In this document: positions 25,208 to 57,144 of the stretch, piece after piece
How the letters are laid out: every line of letters starts with the position of its first letter
How positions within the stretch are numbered: position 1 is the stretch's first letter
NCBI GenBank assembly: GCA_048128005.1
Contig: JBEUKZ010000034.1
Span: forward strand, 62,001-126,000
From: Veleropilina oligotropha
Taxonomy: Eukaryota
Length of the DNA: 64,000 nt
Direction of reading: 5' to 3'
Made by a program: the position numbers and the translations under genes
The notes under the pieces: model-generated
Told to the model about the DNA's origin: nothing
What the model saw: the letters and a program-made list of their open reading frames with translations, nothing else
Database searches by the model: none

Positions 25208-25504
25208 ACAGGCCGAATCTACTCAGACCGAACCTACTCAAGACCGAAGGATAATCAGGCCACATTGTAGTAAAACTATATTTATTCATTATTATTTAAT
25301 CGGATCCAATTGTTTATTTTCACTAATTATCATATGTTTGAAGCTGTTGTTTTTATTTTTGTTATTCGGCGAGATGTTTTATATAGGCTCAAATCAAATC
25401 AAATCAAATTTTATTTACCGTCGGAATATACATAAAAGGAAACACTAGCTTGAAAGCTAATGTCTAAGAGTTTAAATAAATAATTCTAACACAATGCAGT
25501 AGGA

Positions 25505-25768
25505 GGAGGAGGAATTATGCTTAATGTCCTGTATATTTACAACATCGAGGTTCAAGGCAGGACATGTCCGTGTTATCGCGGGAGGAAACCCCGGTCGCCC
25601 GGGTAAACCCGCCCTCTTCGGCCAGTCACGGACAACTGTGCTTCATAACTTGAACAAATGTGTGTGCTGCCTCAGCCGGGGGTCGATCCCACTACTGTTC
25701 GCGTCAGCGGAAACAAGCAAGTGAATTTAGAGTGGACACTCTACCCACTGCGCTACCGAAGCGGCCCA
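25505..25768 (-). mobile_element. Full-length tRNA-derived SINE with a V/Meta-like core
   Basis: Minus strand: GGGCCGCTTCGGTAGCGCAGTGG (A box), GGATCGACCCC (B-box-like), core GGGTTTACCCGGGCGACCGGGGTTTCCTCCC, and a (CCT)n tail. Confidence 0.82.
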
Positions 25769-25993
25769 CAATACAGTATAAAACCATGTAATCTTATGAT
25801 ATGCAAAGACAATACAATTATACAACATATTATTTACAAAACAAAACGTTTTAAAATAGTTAGAGTGGACACTCTACCCACTGCGCTACCGAAGCGGCCC
25901 ACAATACAGTATAAAACCATGTAATCTTATGATATGCAAAGCCAATACAATTATACAACATATTATTTACAAAACAAAACGTTTTAAAATAGT
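25727..25993. repeat. Direct tandem duplication (~133 bp) including the SINE head
   Basis: TTAGAGTGGACACTC...TTTTAAAATAG occurs twice in tandem. Confidence 0.9.
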
Positions 25994-26845
25994 TAAGATG
26001 AGAGCAAAAACATGATGAAATCATGATAAAATGATGATACAAGAATAAAGATAAATATTGACAAAAAAAGATTAATATTATGTATGTCGTAGCATATGAG
26101 CAGCATGCAAATTCATGCGTAATTGGGAAATAAGAAGTTTGTCTAGCACAGTAATAAAATGAATGAGTAATATAAAGCAATAGAAAACATGAAATCGTGG
26201 TTAGATGCAAGCAGAGCAACGACACGAATCTGGTCCATTCCAAGCAGTTATGATAGTGTTGAAATGGGCAAAGCTGAAAGTGGATCGAATAGAGTTGGGT
26301 AAATCAGGCTCTGTCCTTTTACTTAATTGTCGCACTAATTTTACTATGATTATTGAAACTTTTCAAATCTAAACTGTATATTACGTAAATGTATATAATT
26401 ATGATCCGACGTATATATGAGATATATCTCAATAAAAATATTTTCCATCAAAACACTTTCTAAAGGGGTGTGAACGGGAATAATAACCGGCTCTCGACAG
26501 TTACTTCCCTTTGGAAATCGGCAATGTTTTTATCGTTCAATATTTCCAAATTTACTGACCAATTTAGTTTATTTATTCTTGTTATTTTAACATTAATTCC
26601 CAATACAAAAGGTAAAGGAAATAAAGCTTTAACATATGCTTGCAGCTATTTGTTTAAAATTTACGAGATGTACATTTTATATTTATTATGCTAACGAAAA
26701 TATTTTACGACATCACCTAACACGTTGGCCGTCTACAGTAAAGGTGAAATGTGACACTGAAAAAGTTAATGTGGAAACAGGGGATGCAGTATTCTTCAAA
26801 TGTGTAGCGCTATGGTTAGCGCAGATATATTTAAATCGTAGCATA

Positions 26846-45586
<18,741 letters not shown>

Positions 45587-45956
45587 TATATCGAGATAGT
45601 AGATGTTGTTTGTACAGTTTATGTCATCCTATTGTTACAGTAGTAATATTTTTATAGAGTATGCAGTAAGTCTTTCATACCGATAATGCATTCTGAAGAC
45701 AGCCCGTAGTATGTCATTGATATTTTACTCATTTACAGTTGGCAATATTAAACAACGATTTTAACCAACTGTGTTATGTCATTCTTGCAGAAGTGTGTAT
45801 AAAAGATCAGGCAATTAATAAATATATATAACATATAGTCCAGTGTTTCAAGTTGCCTGACAGCCGCTTCAACAGTCGTGTGGTTTCAGTTGCAAACTGC
45901 CAAAATCACAGTCTTGATTCCGCTGGATTAGAATCTTGGATTGCACATTGACATGT

Positions 45957-46252
45957 GCCGTCGTGGCTCTGTGGGTTGTTCATAGGACTCTGGTCACAGT
46001 CTCGCGTTCGCCCCCAAAGCTCAGCGATTTCACTTGGGCAAGGAAATAAGCATATATTTGCCTCGGTCCACCCATCCGATATGAATGGGTACCTGGTTGG
46101 CAGTTATGTAAGTCATGGTGCTACCCGTGTGTAATGGAGTTGAGATGGCATATAGAGTGGAACAGGCCCATAAATAGGGGTAATAATAATGTTCAGCGCA
46201 TTGACACATGTGTGTAAGAATGCACTGTATAAAACCGATACATTATTATTAT
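45957..46252 (+). mobile_element. tRNA-derived SINE with a CORE-like central domain
   Basis: Degenerate A/B boxes, CTTGGGCAAGG...TCCACCCA...AATGGGTACC, and a (TTA)n tail. Confidence 0.6.
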
Positions 46253-46579
46253 TTGTTCAAATTATGAATCATCGTTGTCCGTAACTGGTCAGAGAGGGCG
46301 GGTTTCCCTTGATTTTGAACCTGATGGTTGTAAATATACAGGACATTAAGCCTCGATCCTTTCCTTTTCAAGTTGCCTGATGGACATATCATTATATGTA
46401 CAACAACTCGACAGCACAAAATCACGCTACAAGTATTATGTCTTTAATAGTAGTCTGCTCTGCACCGTAGAAATTGTACTTTCTAAATGAAATTTGAGCA
46501 AAAATGTCTGTTGAGGTCATATCTGATGATTTCCAGTTGTCCATAAAGCAAGCTTTTGTGAGAGAGCAACAGATCTAGA

Positions 46580-47800
46580 CTCTGTATGTCAAGAATTATG
46601 GTTCAAGCTGTGGTCACAGCGATTTCCCTTCAGAAATCTATGAGCGAGTTCCATCTTCTAACTACGGTAGATGCAGGGAAATGGAGGTGGCATATCTACC
46701 CATGTCTGTTGTCGAACGCACTTGGGTTGCTACTACAGTTTGCAGAAACCACGGTAAAGGGCAAGTCGGACCGTAGTAAATCTAAGACGTCACTATCGTT
46801 AACAATTTGACCAAACTCACTCTAGATGTCCTGTACTTGCATATACATAGGACTTGGAAATCATTTGTGAAGAGCCTACATCACAAAAATGAGGACTTGC
46901 TTGCAACCTACATGATGCAGCATCATCAACTTTGGGGAGCCCAGTGACCGACTACCAGTGAGGCAACCAACCATCATGGAAGTGCCCGGCATTGAAGTCA
47001 GAAAATAAGGACTGCCAAGTCTCTTACTTGCTAAAAGATTTATCACTGAAGATGATTGATGACCAGTACAAGTAGTCACACTTGGATCATTAAGGTGGAT
47101 CATCAGAAGGAGCCGTGAAGGAGGGAGGGTCGATCATCTTCATCAAACATACAGACTGAGGACTGACAGACTTTTAAAATGGGAAAGATCTCCAACTAAC
47201 AGCTTGCATATAATGGCGCTACTCCATTCAGTAAAGACTAGCTCCAAATCAGTCAACCCACCACCCAAACCAGTTTTCTTCACAGACTGCAAATCTCTAC
47301 TGCAGGGACTTGAGAACACCAGAAGTGAAAAGCATCTGCAGAACTGACATCAAGAAAGCCATCTATGATCTATCAACACTGTCCACCATCACACTCAAGT
47401 GGATTCCATCCCACTGTTGGATCACGGAGAAAGAAAAGACGGATGCAGCAGAATAGAGCCGTTCAGTCAACCACAAAGAGGCAAAAACCATCATCCACAA
47501 TCAGTGCCGATCCCAGTGAAAAAGAAGGCTGTGTGCAGAAGACCAGCAGACAATCCTCGTCAAACTTGAGGACTGGCCAAAGCAGACGACTGTACTGAGC
47601 ACACTCAAGATTGCTCACACTGACAACTATCCATGTGAAACCGTATCTCAGAGTCTGAGACACCAGACCATGCCCTTCAATGCTATCCTGATCATGATGA
47701 CCTATGACGTCAAGCCTGGCCAGTCTCAGAGGGCGTGAAACTGCAGGCACATATTTGATGTATAGTAGAAGTCATGATCTGGAGAAGACGAAGGCATTTA
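46580..47800 (+). mobile_element. Old RNase H-bearing LINE 3' fragment (I/Ingi-like)
   Basis: Degenerate GSSEGAVKEGG (~47100), VFFTDCKSLLQGL (~47275), LKWIPSH (~47395), LRTG (~47567) and ETPDHALQC (~47657). Confidence 0.6.
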
Positions 47801-48345
47801 CCATAGCAACTGAGCTGCAGATATGACAACCTGCTATGTTGGCAGCATATAGCAAGGCCTGATTCATGTCACTTCGAACGCAAATCATGGTATTTTTAAA
47901 TTCATAATATTTTCGTTTGTTTTCTCACATTTTAATACGCTTCGGGGTCCAATCGGAACAATTCCATATTATTTCAGAAGGAAAGCATCCTAGCCTGACA
48001 ACACCTGCGTGCACATTCTACTTATGGACAACTAATTGAACCCACTTTTGTTAATTAATAGTCAGGTATGTGAATTTGGAGCCACAGTCTTCTTCATTGC
48101 GTTATCAGGCGGCACAAATTCATATTGCCATTGCCAGACTAAAGAAAATGTAGTAAACAACATGGTGTATTTCACCTGAGGTTTTGTCAAAAGAAATGTC
48201 TCACTGACTAGTCACATGCTCTGCCAAGGGTTTCACCCCAGGCAGAGCAGGTGAAGTTAGTACCCGTGTTCAGGATAGTAGCATGAGACGCACTCGCACC
48301 CCTTATTTCGGATAGAGATCGGAACAGTCCAATGCCTTTCTGTTG

Positions 48346-48937
48346 TTACCATCGCCCACGTAGTGATGGGAGAAGGTATTGCATTTGGGTCGGTTTGTCT
48401 GTGAGCATATCTCAACAACCATTGATCCGATTTGCTCAAATTTTGTGAACCAGATAAGGTCCACCATCCAAGCTCAGTCCTTCTCCAAGATGTTTCGAAT
48501 CGATGTGGGTCCGGATTTTATGACGCAATTTCCGATTTACTCAATTTTTTTACATGACAAGATAGAATCCATCTTAGACTCGGTACTTCGTAAAGATAAT
48601 CGGATTTGGAAGGCTGATCGGATTTTATGACGCAATTTCCGGTTTGCGGATTGTCAGCTCTATCTCAACGGCCATTGATCCGATTTACTCAATTTGTTTA
48701 CATGACACAAGATAGCGTCCATCTTAGACTCGGTCCTTCGTAAAGATAATCGGATTTGGAAGGCGGATCGGAGTTATGACGCAATTTCCGGATTGCAGTT
48801 TTTCAGCTCTAGAACATTTCGCCGTACAAACTTCAAATTAGGCTCAAAATGTTCTTAACCATTATTCGCAGAGATTTCAAGCTTTCACCATTCATTGCCA
48901 CCGGGGCGAAGGTTTGCAATCTCGGATTGCCTTGTTT
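48346..48937 (+). mobile_element. Helentron-type non-autonomous element with internal tandem repeats
   Basis: Subterminal repeats ACCATCGCCC / GGGCGAAGGT, terminal hairpin GCAATC-TCG-GATTGC plus CTTGTT, and duplicated ~150-bp internal blocks. Confidence 0.75.
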
Positions 48938-48999
48938 TAAAGTATGTAGGAGTTTATCATGATCGATGGTGTCAAGGCTGCACTTAAATCAAGTAACTC

Positions 49000-51200
49000 T
49001 AAAGTAGAATCAGTAATAGTGCAGTTTCAGTGCTATTGTGAAGGCGGTAAGCAGATTGAAATTTGTCAAGGAGTTGGTGTTTGGTGAGATGATCAATCAA
49101 TCGTATGCTGACAGCCTTCTCAAGGACTTCAGACACAGGTTTCGGCATAGATTAGTAACGGGTTGATAGGAAACCAGAATACATGTTCATTGTTGGTGAC
49201 CATGCGCCTCTCAAAGCAACAGTTCTTGACTAGCGATACTTTCCTTATCACCAAATGCAAAACCATACAGGAGTTGGGGACCACCATGCGATCGACTCGA
49301 AAACATCTGCAATTCCACATAAACCGAATGGACTTCACCTAGAGGTCGCCAGCTATGTCAGGTCATTCCTCAACAAAAGCTGCGAAGGAGGAAACGACGT
49401 GGAAAGATTTCATGGACAATGTCCTAAATTTGCAAAAGCGTATTGTCACAAATAAATTGCCTAGAACTCGAAACACCAACCCATGAATGAATACCGAAAT
49501 TATAAGGCGACGAGGCCCAGCACAATCAAGGCCAGAGCTTCTGAAAGAGAGGGAGACTGGGCTCAGTTTAAATCTATGAAACGGCAAACTCTGTGTAAAC
49601 TCAGGAGAGTCGCAAACAATTACGCGAACGACAATCAGTCCACATTGTAAGGACAACTAAAAAAGGGTCTGGCCATTAGTATAGACAGGCGCCAAGAGTC
49701 ATCTGGAGTGGCACCTAGGAATGGTCTGATGTACAATGGAGCGATCAGCAAGGCCAAAATACTGAACTCTCTGTTCAGTTCGATCTATAGATACCAGTGA
49801 GTGCACCACTAATATTCCACAGTTGAGCCGTATACCATTTCCAGAGATGCCGGATATCATCGTCTGAGTGGAGGAAGTCTATATGCTCTTAAAGAGACTC
49901 AAACCGCATAAGGCATCTGGACGAAACTCCATTCCATTTCGTATTCATAAACAACTGACACAGGAGCTGGCGCCTGCCCTATTAATGATCTATCAGCACT
50001 CGATAGACCGAGGCATAGTACCAAATTATTGGAAGATTGTCCTGTTTTCAAAAGGGAGACAAATCTAGTGCTGTTAACTACATGCCCCTGTCTATAACCG
50101 CTATATGTTCTAAGCTAGCTGAGCATATATCTTCCACATCTCAATCATGACACACCTTGCCAACAATCGCATATTAACGAACGCACTGCATGGGTTCCGA
50201 CGAATGAGGTCGTGTGAAAAATAGCTGATTCAGACTATTCATGGGCTAGTAAAAGAGCTATATCGATTCAAACAAAACCATTTATGGCAACGGTTATTTT
50301 AAATAAGCATTTCATCCTGAATTATAGTGGTGAACCTCTGTTTCATTTTATGATGCAGACGATGCGAGCTACCAGATAGACAATAGTGCTGTTTGACTTT
50401 TAACAAGGTGCCGCCCCAACAACTCCTTCGTAAGATCCTGGACCACTACGGAATCAGAGGAAAACACATAAATGCATCAAGGAAAGTAGGAAACAACATT
50501 ATAATCGTTGACGGAAAATATCACAGAAGCAGATGTCATATCTGAATTAAGTTCCCCAAGGAAAGGTAATCGGCCCACTCCTGTTTCTACTCTTCATAAA
50601 CGGCATGCCTGAAGTGGTACAATCTGAAGTGAGTCTCTTGGCTGACGACTGCGTATTGTTTTGCGTCATTAACTCAGGAAGTGGCAGTGCTCTGCTACAT
50701 CGAGACATAGATGTCCTGGCACCAGTGGGAGTGCACATGGCAGATGGCCTTCAATCCCGGCAAATGCGTAACGACGCACATATCAAGGAAGGGAAAACCA
50801 TCGAATAACAAAACAATTTAAATGGAATCACATTGAAAACCGTCGAAACCAGTAAATACTTGGGTGTCGCCTTCAGCAACGACTTGTCCTGGATGGAACA
50901 TGTGAATCAAATCGTAGCTAACAGGACGTGCCATTCCTAAGACGCGATCTCGGATCATATCCAGAATACGTACGGTCGTGAACCTACACCATCCTAATGT
51001 GACCAATCATGGAGTACATCTACGCGTGCTAATTAAGATCCATATTCCATCAACAGCAAGTCATCAGTCTGGAAAAGATGCAAGTGCAGGCGGCAAGGTT
51101 TGTCATAAATGAGTCATTGACTACCGATCAAGGGACAATTATGAACCATCTAAATTGGGAAACATTGGAGGAGAGACGGTGTCGTGCGAAGGCAGAATTA
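49000..51200 (+). mobile_element. Highly decayed CR1-group LINE ORF2
   Basis: Fragments GVGDHHA, LKPHKASG, KGDKSSAVNY, LDHYGIRG, VPQGKVIGPLLFLLFINGMP, LADD and KYLGV. Confidence 0.8.
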
Positions 51201-53685
51201 ATCCAATTAACATGTAGAATGTGACCTGCTTGGGTACATCCAATCAGTGAATCTGAATCTGAATTTTGATCGACAAACCTCCTCATGGGAGTATCGCGTC
51301 GAGTGATGAGTGTGGCTTTGCTATTGTCTGTGTGATTTCAGTCTTGTTTTGAAAGTTTCTAGATTGGAGCTTTCGGTAATGACGGCGCTGGGGTTATTCC
51401 AAGGCGTAATGGTGTTAACGAAGAATGATTTTTTATACACTGTGGAATTGGATTTAATATTTTTGAATATGTAGCGGTGATTTGAGGGGGTTCTGGGATC
51501 TGCTGGAATCAATATGTCATCAGTAGGAATTATTGCCAGGTGGTGAACAATCTTGTAGAGCGTTGTAATTCTTGCGTTCCTGCGCCTGTCAGCTAAGGTC
51601 TCCCATTGAAGTTCTGTCAATATCCGTGTAACGCTACTGGTGTAATTGTAGTAGTTTTTGAAAAAACGGGCAGCTCGTCTTTGCACCTTCTCAACGGCGT
51701 TCATGTCTTTCGTTAAATGAGGAACTCAAATAGTGCAGTTATATTCGAGCACGGATCTCACTAAGCTGACATATGCTGCCTCCTTGACTTTTGTTGGAGC
51801 ATCCTTCAGGTTTCGACGCAGAAATGCCATGGTGTTATTCCGTTTGTTGGTGATTGTCGAGACATGGACAGTCCACTGTAAATTGTTGGTGATGTTTACG
51901 CGCAGATATTTTGTTTTCTGAACCTACTTCAATATTTGGTCATTGATGGTATAATATTTTGTTGGCGGCTTTTCCTCCCTGGATACTCGCACTTTTCTGT
52001 ATTGAAGGACATCCCCCAGGTGTCACACCACTTTACAAGAGAATTGTCTTACATGCGATGTTACATTGCTAGGGAGATCATTAACGTGCAGAAGGAATAG
52101 GATAGGAGCAAGCACGGTACCTTGGGGTACTCCGGATTCCACATGTACCAAATCAGAGTAAACCCCTTCCACGACCACACTCTGTTGACGACACTTTAGA
52201 AATGCAGTCAGCCATTTATGGATGCTGCCGTAATGAGTAAGCTTTCCGAGGAGTCGATCATGCGGTACGGTGTCAAACGCTTTACTAAGGTCCAAGACTG
52301 CCATGTCTATAGCTGGATGTTAGAGTTCCATTGCTTCATTATGTCATGCGTCGTTGTGATTAGTTGACTTTCGCAGGATCTTGCTTGACGGAAACCGTGT
52401 TGGTATTGCCTTAAGATGTTGTACGTTTCTAGGTGTTTGGCGATGTGTTTACATAATATGTGCTCCATCGTTTTGCAACAGATACTGGTTAATGATATTG
52501 GTTTGTAGTTTTGTGGCTGGTGTCGACTGCCCTTTTTGTGCAGAGGAGAGATGTATGCCTGTGTCCAATCACTGGGTAAAGCACCCGTACTCAAAGACTG
52601 CGAAAACAACACAGTAAGCGCCGGGGAGATTTCTGCTGATGTTTCTTTTAAGAATCTCGCTGGTAACGTGTCTGGTCCTCACGCTTTATGGAGATTTATA
52701 TTTTGAAACAACTTAAGGGACTCCTTCTTCTGTAATTTGTAGGTCGTTGATGTCTGGATAATTTTGGCCTTCTAATTTTGGGATAATACTGTGGTCTTCT
52801 TTTGTAAAAACCGATCGAAACTGATTGCTTAATATTTCCGCCTTGACCTTACTGTCGTTTGTTAAGTGGCCATCTTTTTTAAGCGCAGATATCCCAACAT
52901 TATCCTGATTTCTTGCCTTAATGTAACTCCAAAATGGCTTTGAGTCATGTGTACTAGTAATCATTCCTTCTTTAAATATGTTATTGATGTGGTCCCAGTG
53001 TGCTTTATTCAAGGCTTTTTGTGTCTTTCTTGAATGACTTATATGACGACCAGTCATCGATCTTGTTTGACTTTGTAGCCTTGTTATAGAGACGTTGTTT
53101 CTTTCTACACATGCGTTTTAATTCTGATGTCAACCATGGTAATTTATAGCGGCTGTTAGTCATTTTGGAGGGAATGTGTCTTTTCATCATATCATGGATG
53201 TGTTGTTTCAGGGATAACCAGTTCCTTTCCACAGTCCTACTGGTATATCTGGACAGGAAGTTTCTTGTAAAGTCAGTGGTGCACTGCTTAATTTTTGTCC
53301 AGTCTGCTTTGCTCCAGATGTACACCTCTCATTTTGCCTTCTTCGTGTACTGTGGCTTCAGGTCACAATCCACTAATACTATGTCATGATCTGATAAACC
53401 TGGCAAGAGGCACATTGACCTGGTTAAGCTTGGTTTATTAGTGCAAAACATGTCTAATACATTCCCCGCTCTTGTAGGCGGTGGTCATTCAGAATGTCTA
53501 GCAACTTTTCATGCATAGCTACGCGATCCGACCCGGGTATTACCGAGCTAAGTTGCCAGTCGATATTGCCAGCATTAAAATCTCCTCCGACAATTATAGT
53601 ACAATTTGGGTTGTTTCTGGTAATGTTTCTGATCTGGTTAAGACTTGAATCGAGTTCTTCGAGTTGATCAGTACATCCACCGGGC

Positions 53686-54145
53686 CAGGCGCGGATCCAT
53701 GAATTTTCCTTGGGCGGGTGGGGGATCGTTGAATTTACTATCAACAGCCGAAACCCACTATCCTGCACTCTGACAGGGCAAAAGCGATATATCTTACCAA
53801 CATTTATTAACCATTTTCACAAAAATGTATCAGTATTTTTTCATAATGTAACATATTTCTGCTTTCAAACGTAGGGTCCAGACCGAGTGTATCCCCAGAA
53901 AAGTCGGGGCTCCACGCGCAAGAAAATTTTGACAATTAACGATGTGAAATCCCCCCTCCTGCATTAATACATTGCAAAAGCTAATAGTAATACAATTCAA
54001 CTTTAGTATTTTGGGGTAGGCCTATTTATAATATTCTGAGAGTCATTTGTATCAGATTATACATATTATTTTAGTTTGCTTGACCAGCTTTAGGGGGGGG
54101 GGCGCGCCGGGTGCGCCACCCCCCCCCCCCCCGGATCCGCGCCTG
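53686..54145. mobile_element. MITE with TIR CAGGCGCGGATCC and 5-bp TSD CGGGC
   Basis: TIRs and TSD read directly (53681-53685 and 54146-54150). Confidence 0.88.
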
Positions 54146-54987
54146 CGGGCTTCCTATAGAATGAGCATATACACATTTTTCGTTGATTTCGGAGGGATAT
54201 CTGTGCCCATACGATTTCACCATTGCTAATTTCATCCATTTCCACTTCTGACGGTGAATAGCGCGATTTTATAGCAATAAGTACTCCTCCCCCTCCATAG
54301 CAACGGTCTTTACGAAAGCAGGTGTACTCATGAGGCATATATTATGATGAGTGTACAGAACTGTCAATTTTGGTTTCTGTGATTATCAAACAATCTGGAT
54401 CGACATCGTCAATAAGCCTAGCTAGCGAGGCACGCTTCCCTGTTAATGATTACAGATCCCCGGTTATCTTTTTCTCAGGGACTTCGTTGTTCGCTTTGGT
54501 GCCTGAAAGACTTGATGGGTTTCTTGATTTAGTTGTAGGTGACTCCACAGTATTGGTCCGAAATGATCCTATAGATCCATTTGCGGTGGGTGTGCGTTTA
54601 TTTTCTTTTGGACTACTAAACACTGTGGGATGGAAGCTGTTGTTCATGCTGTTATTTGTGTATACAGAGTCATTTGTTAGGTTTGCAATCGGCGAAAATC
54701 GGTTCCCAGTCTGTACTTCAAATACATATGACAGTGTCCAACCTGTGACAAATATGAAATCGGGATGTGGGTGCCGAAGGCGCGGAACCGAGCACCGTAG
54801 GTGCGACTAGGCTAGGGAGTACGGGGACATGTCACCCCGGAAATTTTTTAAATGAAGAAGCTCTGTAACGTCATTTCCGGCAATGTCAGAAGATAATTTA
54901 CTTTCCAAAAGCTGCACCAATCGGATGCGATTTCCATTAATTTTAACTTTATATTAAATTTTGTGATTCAGTGAAATGTGACTAAAA

Positions 54988-56157
54988 CAGAGGCGGCGGA
55001 ACGATTTTCACATTGGGGGGGCCCCTATGGATTGAATGCATGAACATACTCCTAATCGGCGTGGGGTTTGTGGCCCGCACTAGGGCCCCACCAGAAAATT
55101 TTAGTGTTTTTGGATGCCTTTTAAGCAATCTGAAGCTTCCGATTTTAATAATATCATTAAATTTTAATTTTGGATTTTTCACACATTTGCTATAAAAACT
55201 GACTACCGCCCGGGCGTAGGTGGCCGGTACCGTGGATCCGCCCCTGCCCTAAACAAGACTCTTTGCCTTACCACCATGTTAGGGGGGTATCTTTAACCAA
55301 GGCAGCGTGAGCGGCCGTAGGCCGCGAACATCTAGGGGGGTTTGGGGGCATGCACCCCCAAGATTTTTTTAATTTAGAAGCTCCGAAAAGCGTTCTCCTG
55401 CATTATAGGACAAAAATTGACATTTTTTTTGCCTCAAAATTTCATGTTTGGAGAGGAGAAATTATTAAAAACATGTTAAAATATTCGATAATAATAGTAC
55501 TATCCCACATATTTTGCTGCATTCTGGAATATAAATTTACTACGTACTTCGTTTGTTCAATACTATTTTTACCGACACTATATTACGGGCATGGTTTACA
55601 AGTGTTCTAGGGAGGAATTATGATGGCGAATCGCTGATAAGATAACGAAATAACTTGTTCAACTGCAGCAATTGTCTAGCTAATGCCGGAAATCTCGCAT
55701 TGAAATGTCTTTATATTGATTACGCTTACAAAACTATGAACGAAATAGCTAGGGCCAACTTTGCAAGTGATAATTATTCGCGAAATCGACCATGGCAAAG
55801 ATTGTGATAGTGTGATGACGTTAGCATTCAGCTTATGCGAGGGTACTTGCTTCAAAAATATTAGAGGGGTAAATACCCCCCTTAACTGTCGCGACGCCCC
55901 TGCACCCATTCGCACAATCTTCAAAGCATCAACTGCGAAACTCTTATACTGCCTGTCTTTAATGCCAGCATTAGGATTATGTTACGTTAATGACAACACT
56001 GCCAACACTTCTATCTAACGCTCATTACAATTATGGGGGCAGCGTGGCCCCATTCTCCCTACTTGTAATACGTTATTAATTTAATACTTCCAAAATATTT
56101 GGGCCCCTAGATATTTGTATTGGGGGGGGGCCGGCCCCCCCGGTTCCGCCGCCTCTG
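54988..56157. mobile_element. Non-autonomous DNA transposon with TIR CAGAGGCGGCGGAAC and 5-bp TSD TAAAA
   Basis: TIRs and TSD read directly (54983-54987 and 56158-56162). Nested within another insertion (~54730-56485). Confidence 0.82.
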
Positions 56158-56708
56158 TAAAAATCGTCCGCCATATCGCGCTGCGATAAGATCCGCGATG
56201 TTAATCGGGAAGAAGTCATTCTTTTCGAAGATCGATTTCGCGCATATTTATGGATTTACGTCAACTGCAGCATAATCTAGTTGCGTGCTTATCATTTAAC
56301 CATATGAACATCCAAATATGTCTTCATTTATCCAAGTAATAAGTTTTATATCGTTCAGATACACAACAATAAATATAATTTGCAATTGTTTAGCGAGATC
56401 GGGATTTTCCTATCCCGACAGTAAGCACGTCGGGACACGGGATGTCCTTGACCAAATCGGGATAATCCCGCCGAAATCGGGATGGCAGTCATCGCAACAA
56501 ACAGCACGGTGGTTCCAAGAGACTGCACGTTCACACAAACAACAGGGGTACATTGTCGCTGCATTTGGGCCAGGATTAATCTGAATGTCTCCGCAGAGCA
56601 TTGACATTAGCGTGGACTCTAGGACCAGAAGATCTTCGACACACAGTCAGACAGACCCCGGCCAGGACTAACACGTTCCAATAGTAACAGTTTGCTTTTA
56701 TTACTAAG

Positions 56709-57144
56709 CAGGCGCGGATCCAGGGGGGGCGCACCCGGCGCGCGCCCCCCCCCCCCATAAAGTTGGCCAAGCATACTAAATAATATGTATAATCTGATAC
56801 AAATGACTTTCAGAACATTATAAATAGGCTGTTGCAATGTAATAATGCAGGAGGGGGATTTCACATCGTTAATTGTCAAAATTTTCTTGTGAGTGGGGCG
56901 CCGACCCCACGCGGACAATTCGATTATGACAAAATAAAATAAAAATTTGACTCGTGCTATTTGAGTGACGGTGGTTCATAAAAAGTTAGAATGAAATATC
57001 GCTTTTGCCCTGTCAGAGTGCAGGAGAGGGGGTTTCAGGCTGTTGATTCTAAAAAAATTCTTTGGCGTGGGGCCCAGGCCCCACGCGAACAGTTGATAGT
57101 AAATTCAGCGCCCCCCCTAAGCGAAATTCCTGGATCCGCGCCTG
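56709..57144. mobile_element. MITE of the same family as 53686-54145 (inverted), 5-bp TSD CTAAG
   Basis: CAGGCGCGGATCC...GGATCCGCGCCTG, with CTAAG at 56704-56708 and 57145-57149. Confidence 0.88.

Larger units (their letters stand above)
9214..25261. mobile_element. ~16-kb inverted-repeat (foldback-like) composite element carrying a Polinton/Maverick-derived module
   Basis: 9231-11806 is the reverse complement of ~22180-25261, apart from an insertion at 24750-25207. CATTGTAG flanks both ends (9206-9213 and 25263-25270). Both arms carry subterminal GGCCGAA/GACCGAA-NCTACTCA repeats. Confidence 0.7.
51243..56690 (-). mobile_element. CR1-group LINE with an N-terminal PHD-like finger, fragmented by MITE insertions
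   Basis: GDIQINPGP..YPCCLC..VCCDDC (56410-56607), RKDR..GGGVLI, GGDFN, LDLSKAFDTVPH, GVPQGTVLAP, EKVQRRAAR, and a (GATTCA)n tail at ~51245-51262. Confidence 0.88.

Noticed and set aside
9222..25261. Complete autonomous Polinton/Maverick
   Set aside because: No pPolB, integrase, protease or capsid ORFs are visible, all three ATPase copies are disrupted, and there is no ACTACT at the right end.
25690..25768. tRNA gene
   Set aside because: A/B boxes are present but no cloverleaf is evident, and it continues into a SINE body. The same applies at 5592-5690.
26636..26845. N-terminal extension of GPR180 suggested by the ORF track
   Set aside because: The ATG at 26846 gives a signal-peptide-like start and the expected protein length. 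The upstream part shows no recognisable similarity.
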